Of a stretch of DNA of 64,000 nt, positions 37,101 to 43,614 are shown one piece after another (the stretch's first letter is position 1; the number at the start of each line of letters is the position of its first letter). The stretch is from Anaerolineales bacterium (lineage in GTDB: Bacteria > Chloroflexota > Anaerolineae > Anaerolineales > Villigracilaceae): positions 144 to 64,143 of the forward strand of contig JADGQB010000001.1 in NCBI GenBank assembly GCA_017882145.1. The letters run 5' to 3'. The position numbers and the translations under genes were made by a program. Below the pieces are notes generated by a model that saw only the letters and a list, made by a program, of their open reading frames with translations, did no database searches and was not told where the DNA came from.

Positions 37101-38016
37101 CGGTCAACCTTGTTATCAGACGTTGTAGTTTGTTTTCGGCGACCCATCCAAGCATGGAGGGGGGACCATAGGGGATGCGCTTTCCTTCCCCGACCAATCG
37201 ATCCGCATCTGGACCCTGAGCGGTCTTCAGAAATAGTTCGCGCCTGGTTTCATTTGCAAGGTAAAAACCAGTAAAAGAAAATCCCATACGTGCGTTGATC
37301 AGATTTACGCCCTGATTTAATAATGTGTCGATGGATGAAGTTGAAATCAGGTCTTGAGCGATTTCGGCGGCGATCCTGGAGAAGCGTGTACGCTCTTCGA
37401 TACGCTCTTCCAAGCGGTTTTGCAAGATGCCGATTTCATCCTGCTGCTGGGTTTCAGATTTTTCCCGGAACCACGCGATAAGAATAAAAATCCCTACAAT
37501 GATCCCCAGCCCAATAAAAATATTCAGTTCTGTGCTGGCTGTAATATTGGCCATCAAGGGCAGAACGCCTATGGTAATCATCACAACGATTGAAATAATG
37601 ACGATCGCCAATAACGGCAAGAGAACAATGCTTAGCGTAAGGGCAGGGACAACTGTGGCCATCAAAATAATAATCACAGATGTGTTTACCGAATAAACCG
37701 AACCCACTATAAAGCCAGATAATATAATGCCGCAAACCAGTAAAATACTTCCCACTATAAAATTTTCAGAGCGCGCCAGCGCCAAAGCGGCTGACATCAT
37801 GATGGCTAATACGAACAGACCAATGGTGAGACTGGTTGGGAAACCAATGATCAAACCGACTATCCCGGCAATGAAACAGCCGGCAGCCAATATCAAGGAA
37901 ACGAGATTCGTCAGGTGCGCCTGTTGTCTTGAGCTGGAATCTTTGATGTTAGGGTGTGTCTCAAGGATTCTTCCTATCAATCCTTTGATAGTAAGCTTCT
38001 GTTTAGCTGGCAACAT
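34105..38016 (-). CDS. Giant membrane multi-GAF signalling protein, paralog 1 (about 6 TM, coiled coil, about six GAF modules, truncated GAF start)
   Basis: 1303 aa with a hydrophobic N-terminal ~190 aa. GAF-terminal helices recur: ASQIATSIQNVYQF, LAKQVAVSLDRIRD, VADLLTSSIERLNT, FAIQVAAAIYNGRLL, ADQMAIAVINSELF, LGGSLAAIISNARLIEQ. The fifth GAF is the cluster subtype (RFNFYHAAVFMLDQ, NPLLPETHAEAAIPL). Tail is HERMLYEVTSKIRRSTDMQTIMATTTSELSKVL. ATG 38016 is preceded by AAGGAG. Confidence 0.85.
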   Translation of the reverse strand: MLPAKQKLTIKGLIGRILETHPNIKDSSSRQQAHLTNLVSLILAAGCFIAGIVGLIIGFPTSLTIGLFVLAIMMSAALALARSENFIVGSILLVCGIILSGFIVGSVYSVNTSVIIILMATVVPALTLSIVLLPLLAIVIISIVVMITIGVLPLMANITASTELNIFIGLGIIVGIFILIAWFREKSETQQQDEIGILQNRLEERIEERTRFSRIAAEIAQDLISTSSIDTLLNQGVNLINARMGFSFTGFYLANETRRELFLKTAQGPDADRLVGEGKRIPYGPPSMLGWVAENKLQRLITRLTGDPLQLEAELLPGNQSELAIPILGGDSLLGVLDLQSTRTTAFDNEIIVVLQMLASQIATSIQNVYQFEAEKGSIQEVAEVYQAGFKVAQAKTEIDICQIMQELFPRIPYVALYLIPEGNELKAAAKTDLELSGGQKLPESIAISIDEIGPYLGSNLFIGEGNRLSSLPYNLVRSLQQIQIFSVAVIPVKCTESLAAVFLIGTQTREPLNTTSMQPYSNLAKQVAVSLDRIRDNQATEHRITEMGTINTQLQTVAELAGDISNSSNIGEVFNVTQSVFQQTNSGAIFMLSEKNNFRVVTSVDPDQSGGILGLPEWLDLSPKEVSEQLANKTLVAEVSKLSSLHYAQFHPELNKFIGGETGKLPLLQSALLKIIEQALFQSVAFVPVMRKEEITTLLIVGSRREQPILPEMVQAYTHVADLLTSSIERLNTLQKVERRLAEMETIISIGKEISSIRDLNTIYTTLHSRIRLLMGDVNFLVAIYTANTSSISIPYMYEKGFEGGDVTSIDTFPLGEGLTSILIRTKQPLLLVEDTENRAAALGAKIAGKPAKSWLGTPLIVADEAIGALIVQDVENEHAFDESDLQLLTSFAIQVAAAIYNGRLLDQMSARAIQLQTAAEVARDISGSLDLGELLNKAVKLIYERFNFYHAAVFMLDQTNEYATIREATGEAGKQMKRAGHKLKVGSKSIVGYVTGSGEALIVNDTSRDATYYANPLLPETHAEAAIPLKVGQRILGALDVQSTRAYSFAEEDIRILRILADQMAIAVINSELFADTQEHLSQHRLLHHVTTAAASGTTLEESLNSATQGLQVTLGGDRVSILLADKAKKTLKVSSFAGYSEEIGKLEVPFGAGITGWVAVHQLPQRINDVTLDSRYIQVGSNIRSELAIPLSYRGDLLGVLNVESDQVSAYNENDEELLGTLGGSLAAIISNARLIEQVRRQVDHERMLYEVTSKIRRSTDMQTIMATTTSELSKVLGARRAQITLEIEESTTESRSSSE

Positions 38017-38074
38017 CAGGTTCTCCTTGGAGAATATTCAAAATTTACGCGGGGATTGGTCGAAGATTACCTGG

Positions 38075-38545
38075 TTAGCTCATTTCCCAGACCGGAGCAC
38101 CGTTAAGAATGTTGCGAATTTGGTCTGGAAAACGATCGGGGTCCAGCGGTTTTCCCAGGAATCCATCAAATCCTGAAGATCTGGCTTTGTCCATCTGCTC
38201 AAGACTGGCTTCGGCAGTCACTGCGACGATGGGGACCTGTTTCAGACGTTCGGACGCCCGAATTTTCTTCAATGCGCCATAGCCATCTTCGTAAGGAAGG
38301 CGGATATCCATCAAAATTAAATCCAGGCGCGGCAGTGTATCCGCATATTCCACAACTTCATAACCAGATGTCTTCCATTCGCAGTGGATACCCAAGTATC
38401 CCAACATGCGCGCGATCAGGACAAAGTTCGATACATTATCTTCGACCACCAACACGGTGCAATCTTTTGGAATTGCTGACCTTCGGTTTGGTTGGGTATC
38501 AGATTGGGGAATTCGAATGGTATCTTGAGAGTCGGGCATATTCAT
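38075..38545 (-). CDS. Stand-alone CheY-like response regulator (receiver only)
   Basis: 156 aa with VLVVEDNVSN, LILMDIRLPYEDG, VAVTAEA and FLGKP. There is no output domain. The start overlaps the upstream stop by 4 nt. Confidence 0.85.
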   Translation of the reverse strand: MNMPDSQDTIRIPQSDTQPNRRSAIPKDCTVLVVEDNVSNFVLIARMLGYLGIHCEWKTSGYEVVEYADTLPRLDLILMDIRLPYEDGYGALKKIRASERLKQVPIVAVTAEASLEQMDKARSSGFDGFLGKPLDPDRFPDQIRNILNGAPVWEMS

Positions 38546-38916
38546 TTTTTCCTCAGGTAACGCTCTATTTGCTGGGGAAGTAGGTCAATGTCAATCGGTT
38601 TTTGGATGTACCCATCACAGCCGGCTTCCAGGGATCGTTCACGGTCGCCGCGCATTACATTGGCGGTAAGCGCTACAATAGGGACACTCTCAAATCCCGG
38701 CATGGCACGGATCTGCGCAGTAAGCGTGTACCCATCTACTTTGGGCATGTTGATATCCATCAGGATCAAATCCGGACATAGGGAAACAAGCATATCCATA
38801 GCTTCCCCCGCGTCACCCGCCTCTTTTAGCACATAGCCTTCAGCAGTTAGAATCCTGCGTATAAGTGTTCGATTGTCGAGATTGTCTTCAATATAAAGAA
38901 TGATGGCACCGCTCAT
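38542..38916 (-). CDS. Stand-alone CheY-like response regulator (receiver only)
   Basis: Preferred start is ATG 38916 (MSGAIILYIEDN). Motifs LILMDINMPKVDG, VALTANV and YIQKP. The longest ORF extends to 38979, but the extra 21 residues are Cys-rich and outside the REC fold. Confidence 0.8.
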   Translation of the reverse strand: MSGAIILYIEDNLDNRTLIRRILTAEGYVLKEAGDAGEAMDMLVSLCPDLILMDINMPKVDGYTLTAQIRAMPGFESVPIVALTANVMRGDRERSLEAGCDGYIQKPIDIDLLPQQIERYLRKK

Positions 38917-39110
38917 ATTGGTTTTTCTGCCTCCGCAATAACATTTTAGCATGTCGTCGAAAGCGACGCATAACAGCATCCTTGCAATCTCGACCGGGTA
39001 AAATCTAAAAAAAAGCCTCCTGACTATCAGAACAATGGGTCTGATCGGAAGCGTTCAGGCCGCATTGACTCTTTCCCCGGCAATCTACAGGTGAAAGCGG
39101 CTAACCAGAA

Positions 39111-39136
39111 CAAAAAAGCTGCCAATTAAGGCAGCT
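39111..39136 (-). terminator. Rho-independent terminator downstream of tRNA-Gly
   Basis: Stem AGCTGCC (39117-39123) pairs with GGCAGCT (39130-39136). On the minus strand it is followed by TTTTTTG. Confidence 0.7.
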
Positions 39137-39178
39137 GATCATCAAAAGGGTTTGAGTTCCCTTTTGGCGGTGTTTTTG

Positions 39179-39250
39179 AGCGGGTGATGGGACTCGAACC
39201 CACGATATCTTGCTTGGGAAGCAAGCGTTCTACCACTGAACTACACCCGC
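39179..39250 (-). tRNA. tRNA-Gly (anticodon CCC)
   Basis: Minus-strand sequence is GCGGGTGTAGTTCAGTGGTAGAACGCTTGCTTCCCAAGCAAGATATCGTGGGTTCGAGTCCCATCACCCGCT. Acceptor stem GCGGGTG/CACCCGC. Anticodon stem CTTGC/GCAAG with loop TTCCCAA. T-arm GGTTCGAGTCC. Discriminator U. CCA is not encoded. Confidence 0.9.
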
Positions 39251-39315
39251 GAGCAGGAGAGATTATACCAAATATTCCATACGTGAAAAACCTATAAGAT
39301 GTCTTCTTACGATCG

Positions 39316-40329
39316 TCATGCTTGGCGGATGAGCAGCATATTCGCCAATTCAAATAACGCCTCACCCGCATCACCTAGCGGTTCGGCAGCACGTAAGGAT
39401 TGCAGAGCAAGGTCAGTCATTTGGTCCACGGCGTTTTGTGTGTACAATTTCGCCCCTTCCACAGACAACAATTCCGACAATGGTCCGGCTTCCTCGGCGT
39501 GGATGTGTCCCTCGGTCCAGCGCTTTGCGAACTGTCCGTTCTTTGACAGCCCATATAAAACCGGCAGCGATTTTTTACCTGCCACCAGATCTGATTCGGT
39601 GGATTTACCCGTCAGCGCCGAATCCCCCCAGATGCCCAGATAATCATCCTGCACCTGGAAGGCCAAACCAAGATAATGGCCGAAGCTGCGGTAGCTTTCC
39701 TGCGCTGCACCGTCTGCCCCTCCCAGGATAGCCCCCACCTGGGTGCAAGCCGAGAGCAAAGCGGCAGTTTTACCAGATATCATCCGCCAGTAATCTTCAC
39801 TCGTCAAATCCGCCATTTGCTCATAGGAGATATCCAGGAATTGACCAGTGCTCAAAGCCAGGCAGGCTTTATTGACAACCTTGCAGGCTTGTTGCACGAT
39901 CTGGTGGGGAAAATCTTTATCGATTTCATTCAAAGCCAGATGGGATAGGATGAAAAGAGCATCTCCTGCGTTGATAGCCTGTGGCATTCCCCACTTTTTC
40001 CAAACGGTAAGACGGCCTCTGCGCAGGTCGGATCGATCCTGGATATCGTCGTGAACCAATGAAAAGTTATGGATGAGTTCGAGACTGATTGCTGCGGACA
40101 CTGCCGGCTGCCAATCGGCATCACACGCCGCGCATGTTAATAGCGCCAGCAATGGACGGATACGTTTCCCGGTTGCATCCGGACCGGCACCAATGCCGCT
40201 CCAACCCATGTGATAAGTTAGCATTTCGTGGAAAAGCTGAGTTCCCGGATCATCCAGTAGACTCACAGTTCGCAGGAGTTCCGTTTCGATGGCGGGCAGC
40301 ATGCTGCCCATGAGCGAATTCAAGGTCAT
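39316..40329 (-). CDS. Polyprenyl diphosphate synthase (geranylgeranyl/farnesyl-type, trans-IPPS)
   Basis: 337 aa. First Asp-rich motif LVHDDIQDRSDLRRGR and second Asp-rich motif FQVQDDYLGIWGD. Confidence 0.85.
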   Translation of the reverse strand: MTLNSLMGSMLPAIETELLRTVSLLDDPGTQLFHEMLTYHMGWSGIGAGPDATGKRIRPLLALLTCAACDADWQPAVSAAISLELIHNFSLVHDDIQDRSDLRRGRLTVWKKWGMPQAINAGDALFILSHLALNEIDKDFPHQIVQQACKVVNKACLALSTGQFLDISYEQMADLTSEDYWRMISGKTAALLSACTQVGAILGGADGAAQESYRSFGHYLGLAFQVQDDYLGIWGDSALTGKSTESDLVAGKKSLPVLYGLSKNGQFAKRWTEGHIHAEEAGPLSELLSVEGAKLYTQNAVDQMTDLALQSLRAAEPLGDAGEALFELANMLLIRQA

Positions 40330-40330
40330 T

Positions 40331-41491
40331 TCAACTCCACAGGTTCCTAATCATATCCAAATAGTCGAGTGGCGTCAGCCATAAATCCCAGGAAATCACC
40401 AGACCGTCTGCAGCGCGACTGGAGTTCAGGTCGGCCTGGATTTGTTGAGGGGTGGATTCGTGAATTTCTTTCATCTGGACCGTAGCAATCCCGGCAAGCA
40501 GATTGGTGATGCCCAGCTCGTAGCCGCGCCGGATCTCCTGCCGAAGCGTATCAGGTTCTAGCCCTGCATGGGCCAATTCGGCTTTAGTTGACGGGATGGG
40601 TAATTGGCTGGCTTCAGCCAGAAGACGCATTGTATCGGCTTCGCGTAGACCGTGTCGGATCAACCATTTGGACAGCCCCAGCAGTTCAAATGAAATCCCA
40701 GCCGGGCCGAACACGCGCGGATAGGTCATGATCTTTACCCAATTGGCATATCCGTCTAGAGCTGAAAGATCTTGACCGACCATACGCGTAAGCGCGGGCG
40801 AGAAACAATCCAGACCTACAGCCAGGTTGTGCGATTGGATTTGTCTTGACAATGTTCTGACAGTGCGGGAAATGCTTCTGGCACGAAAAGCGAGAAATAA
40901 CTCCAACATTGAACCGGATTGATCGGGTTGTCCGAGCAAGCTGCGAACGAGCACCTCGGCGGAGAGTGATTGGATGGTATGTCTAACTTGCTTAAGGTCC
41001 AGCCCAGCATCGGCTGCCTGGCGGGTGCAATCCTGGCAGAAACACGCCAGATGGCGGCTGGGATCAATGGCGGGGGAGGGGAAGCGGATGCGGTCCAGAA
41101 ATATTCCCTGATATAACCCGGAGGCCGCCACGCTCTCCAGCCGTTCCGACAAGAAATCTGCGACTGCACTTCGGTTCGGGCAGATGAAGGTAAACTCCGG
41201 CAGATTGTCGTGTCCGGGGATGGGATGTCCATCGAGCCCTAGCGTGGCCCATTCGGGCGGCAAGTCGGTATGCGCGTCCCCGGTCAGGATCGGCTGCCAG
41301 CGGTAAAGTTGGGCATTCTGTCGGAAAGTCTCCTCGGCAACGGCTTCTTCCAGCGCAGGGGTTAACTCCCAGCCGAGCAGAACGAGGCTGATGGGCAGGC
41401 GTTCGCAGGCCTGGCGCAGGCGTAAGCGAACCGCTTCTGGCGATGCATCCGGGTAGGGGCTCTCAAGGTACTGGACGGCAAAAGTAGTCAT
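40331..41491 (-). CDS. Hypothetical protein (possibly TIM-barrel-like; CFCQDC motif) in the isoprenoid operon
   Basis: 386 aa and soluble. Notable strings are FTFICPNRSAVADFL, GIFLDRIRFPSP and ACFCQDC. I recognised no confident family. Its stop is 1 nt from the polyprenyl synthase start. Confidence 0.6.
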   Translation of the reverse strand: MTTFAVQYLESPYPDASPEAVRLRLRQACERLPISLVLLGWELTPALEEAVAEETFRQNAQLYRWQPILTGDAHTDLPPEWATLGLDGHPIPGHDNLPEFTFICPNRSAVADFLSERLESVAASGLYQGIFLDRIRFPSPAIDPSRHLACFCQDCTRQAADAGLDLKQVRHTIQSLSAEVLVRSLLGQPDQSGSMLELFLAFRARSISRTVRTLSRQIQSHNLAVGLDCFSPALTRMVGQDLSALDGYANWVKIMTYPRVFGPAGISFELLGLSKWLIRHGLREADTMRLLAEASQLPIPSTKAELAHAGLEPDTLRQEIRRGYELGITNLLAGIATVQMKEIHESTPQQIQADLNSSRAADGLVISWDLWLTPLDYLDMIRNLWS

Positions 41492-41538
41492 ATTATTCTA
41501 AATTTCGTGTAGCCAATATGGGCAATTCAAATTTCAAT

Positions 41539-42168
41539 TCACAAAATATCCATCTGGTGGAGGCACATTTCAAGTCGGGCAGGGGAGGTGAAGTGGTGGG
41601 TTGCAAAACCCATATTTTGAGCAGTTTCAATATTCTTAGGGGAGTCATCAACAAGAAGGCACTCATCCGGCTGGCGGTGGATGTTCTTTAGCAGCAGTTG
41701 GAAGATTGCCGGATCGGGTTTAATAAGTTTGACTTCCCCGGATACCAGGATATCTTCGAAGAGGTCGAAAACCTTAAAGTTATGCCTGACAATTGAGAAT
41801 TTCTCGGCCGACCAATTGGTAAGACCGAAGAGGTGGTTGCCGGTTGCCTTGAGTTTATAGATTATTTTCACTGTCTCTGGGATGATCCCGGTTATTGATT
41901 GTTCCCATTCTTCATCATAAGCGTGTATAAGATGGGCATACTGCGGGAATTGCACAGATAGATCTGTTACTGCCTGGGCAAAGGGATAGCCTTTATCTTG
42001 GGAGAGATTCCAGGATGAAAAATTGATTTCGGTCAGGAAATTGTCGATCGCTTGCGTGTCGTTGGCGAAGTATTTATTGAAAAGCTTATGAGGGTCCCAG
42101 TTGATCAGAACGCCGCCAAAGTCAAAGATAATGGCATTAATTAGTTTGAAAGTTTTATTCTTATTCAT
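41539..42168 (-). CDS. HAD-superfamily hydrolase (subfamily IA-like phosphatase)
   Basis: 209 aa. Motif I is IIFDFGGVL, motif II is GLTNWS, and the C-terminal acidic motif is LLVDDSPKNIETA. Confidence 0.75.
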   Translation of the reverse strand: MNKNKTFKLINAIIFDFGGVLINWDPHKLFNKYFANDTQAIDNFLTEINFSSWNLSQDKGYPFAQAVTDLSVQFPQYAHLIHAYDEEWEQSITGIIPETVKIIYKLKATGNHLFGLTNWSAEKFSIVRHNFKVFDLFEDILVSGEVKLIKPDPAIFQLLLKNIHRQPDECLLVDDSPKNIETAQNMGFATHHFTSPARLEMCLHQMDIL

Positions 42169-42176
42169 CAGGAAAT

Positions 42177-43205
42177 TTACTTTTTGAGTATTATATGTTC
42201 AAGATGCTTGAGATCAACAATTCCTGCTGCAAACATGCTGACCTGGATCTGACGTGTAATCAAACGAATTAGATCGACAGCCTTCTCGCTAGAAACTGCA
42301 GCCGCCTTCAAAAAATTGCCTGCCATGCCACCCAGGGTCGCGCCCAGGGCAATGCACTTGGCGATATCCAACCCATCTTTGAGTCCACCACTGGCAAAGA
42401 CCTTCATATCTGGTACGGCCTTTCTTACATTCAAGATCGAATCGGCAGTGGGGATGCCCCAGCCTACGAAGGTGGCGGCCAATTGCCGCGTGAATTCATC
42501 CGGTGCGCGATACATTTCGACCTGTGACCAACTTGTCCCGCCCGCGCCGGCAACATCAATAGCGGCAACTCCGCAGTCGGCCAATATTTTTGCGGTTCTT
42601 TCAGAAATACCCCAACCGACTTCCTTGATTATGACAGGTTTTTCCAACTTTATACAAATACCCTCAATCTTTTTAGCCAGGGATGCGAAATTTGTATCGC
42701 CACCAGCCTGCACAGCTTCCTGCAACGGATTGAGGTGTAAGATAAGCGCGTCTGCCCGGATCATCTCAACGACACGCCGGCATTCGTCAATGCCGTAACC
42801 GTAATTCAATTGCACGGCCCCCAAGTTGGCGAAGAGCAGGACATCTGGAGCAACCTTGCGTGTAATGGCATAAGTAGGAATTTGTTGGGGCTCTTCAAGG
42901 GCTGCGCGCTGGCTGCCTACGCCCATTGCCACACCACATTCCTGGGCAGCTTCCGCCAGGCGTTGGTTGATCTCACCGGCCTGCTCGGTTCCGCCGGTCA
43001 TGGATGAGATCAGGATGGGAGCGGCGAGTTTTTTGCCGAAGAGGGACAGGGAGGTGTCCACCTGACCCAGATCCAACTCGGGCAGGGCTTCGTGGATGAA
43101 ATGGTAGTTTTCCAATCCACTGGTCAGCCCGGAACGGACATCTTCTTCCAGGTTGATCTTGATATGATCAGATTTACGGGTTTCGATCGGCGCAACTTTT
43201 CTCAT
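42177..43205 (-). CDS. fni: Type 2 isopentenyl-diphosphate delta-isomerase (FMN-dependent)
   Basis: 342 aa with RKSDHIKI near the N-terminus, SSMTGG, a TIM-barrel FMN pattern, and [20 protein letters not shown]. Confidence 0.88.
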   Translation of the reverse strand: MRKVAPIETRKSDHIKINLEEDVRSGLTSGLENYHFIHEALPELDLGQVDTSLSLFGKKLAAPILISSMTGGTEQAGEINQRLAEAAQECGVAMGVGSQRAALEEPQQIPTYAITRKVAPDVLLFANLGAVQLNYGYGIDECRRVVEMIRADALILHLNPLQEAVQAGGDTNFASLAKKIEGICIKLEKPVIIKEVGWGISERTAKILADCGVAAIDVAGAGGTSWSQVEMYRAPDEFTRQLAATFVGWGIPTADSILNVRKAVPDMKVFASGGLKDGLDIAKCIALGATLGGMAGNFLKAAAVSSEKAVDLIRLITRQIQVSMFAAGIVDLKHLEHIILKK

Positions 43206-43280
43206 GGGTCTGTGTTCCGTCTATTGAATTATACTGGCAACCCGGTTACAATTGGGCGACAAAAATTTCTGGAGGAACCC

Positions 43281-43523
43281 ATGGCAGATACATTTGATGA
43301 AGTCAAGGCTATCATAGTGGATTTGTTGGGCGTGGACGAAGCCAAAGTCAAACCGGAGGCTCGTTTCCGCGAGGACCTGGAAGCTGATTCCCTCGACCTG
43401 GTCGAGCTCATTATGAAATTCGAGGATGTTTTTGGTACCGAGATTTCTGATGAGGAAGCCCAGAAAATTACCATGGTGAGCGATGCAGTAAAGTTTGTCG
43501 ACGCTCAAAAAGCCAAGAAATAA
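43281..43523 (+). CDS. acpP: Acyl carrier protein
   Basis: 80 aa, [18 protein letters not shown]...[13 protein letters not shown] (DSL phosphopantetheine serine). GGAGG lies 5 nt upstream of ATG 43281. The listed ORF from 43092 is an artefactual upstream extension running antisense to fni. Confidence 0.9.
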   Translation: MADTFDEVKAIIVDLLGVDEAKVKPEARFREDLEADSLDLVELIMKFEDVFGTEISDEEAQKITMVSDAVKFVDAQKAKK

Positions 43524-43541
43524 ATCTCCTGACCACTTCCT

Positions 43542-43610
43542 AGGGGCACGTGCGCCGACGTGCCCCTGTATAATCTTAATTGACAGGGGCAGCTCAATTG
43601 GCTGCCCCTG
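43542..43610. terminator. Two tandem GC-rich hairpins between convergent acpP and sucD
   Basis: Hairpin 1 is AGGGGCACGT (43542-43551) with ACGTGCCCCT (43558-43567). Hairpin 2 is CAGGGGCAGC (43584-43593) with GCTGCCCCTG (43601-43610). U-tracts are weak in both directions. Confidence 0.45.
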
Positions 43611-43614
43611 CCTA

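Noticed and set aside
38917-38979. The longer start (38979) for the first receiver gene, adding MLLCVAFDDMLKCYCGGRKTN
   Set aside because: The extension lies outside the receiver fold. It contains a TGCTAAAAT extended -10-like element on the coding strand, and the conserved REC N-terminus begins at MSGAIILYIEDN. It is kept only as an alternative.
39000-39320. A possible integration hotspot or genomic island at tRNA-Gly, and likewise at tRNA-Leu (54416-54497)
   Set aside because: I saw no integrase, recombinase, transposase or phage gene, and no duplicated tRNA 3-prime segment in the flanks. The flanking genes are housekeeping or signalling genes.
39126-39374. An 82-aa minus-strand ORF
   Set aside because: It runs straight through the tRNA-Gly gene (39179-39250) and into the polyprenyl synthase 3-prime end. 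It is an artefact of the tRNA sequence being open in that frame.
43092-43280. An upstream extension of the acpP ORF
   Set aside because: It overlaps the fni coding region on the opposite strand. ACP begins at ATG 43281 with its own GGAGG RBS and has the normal ~80 aa length.
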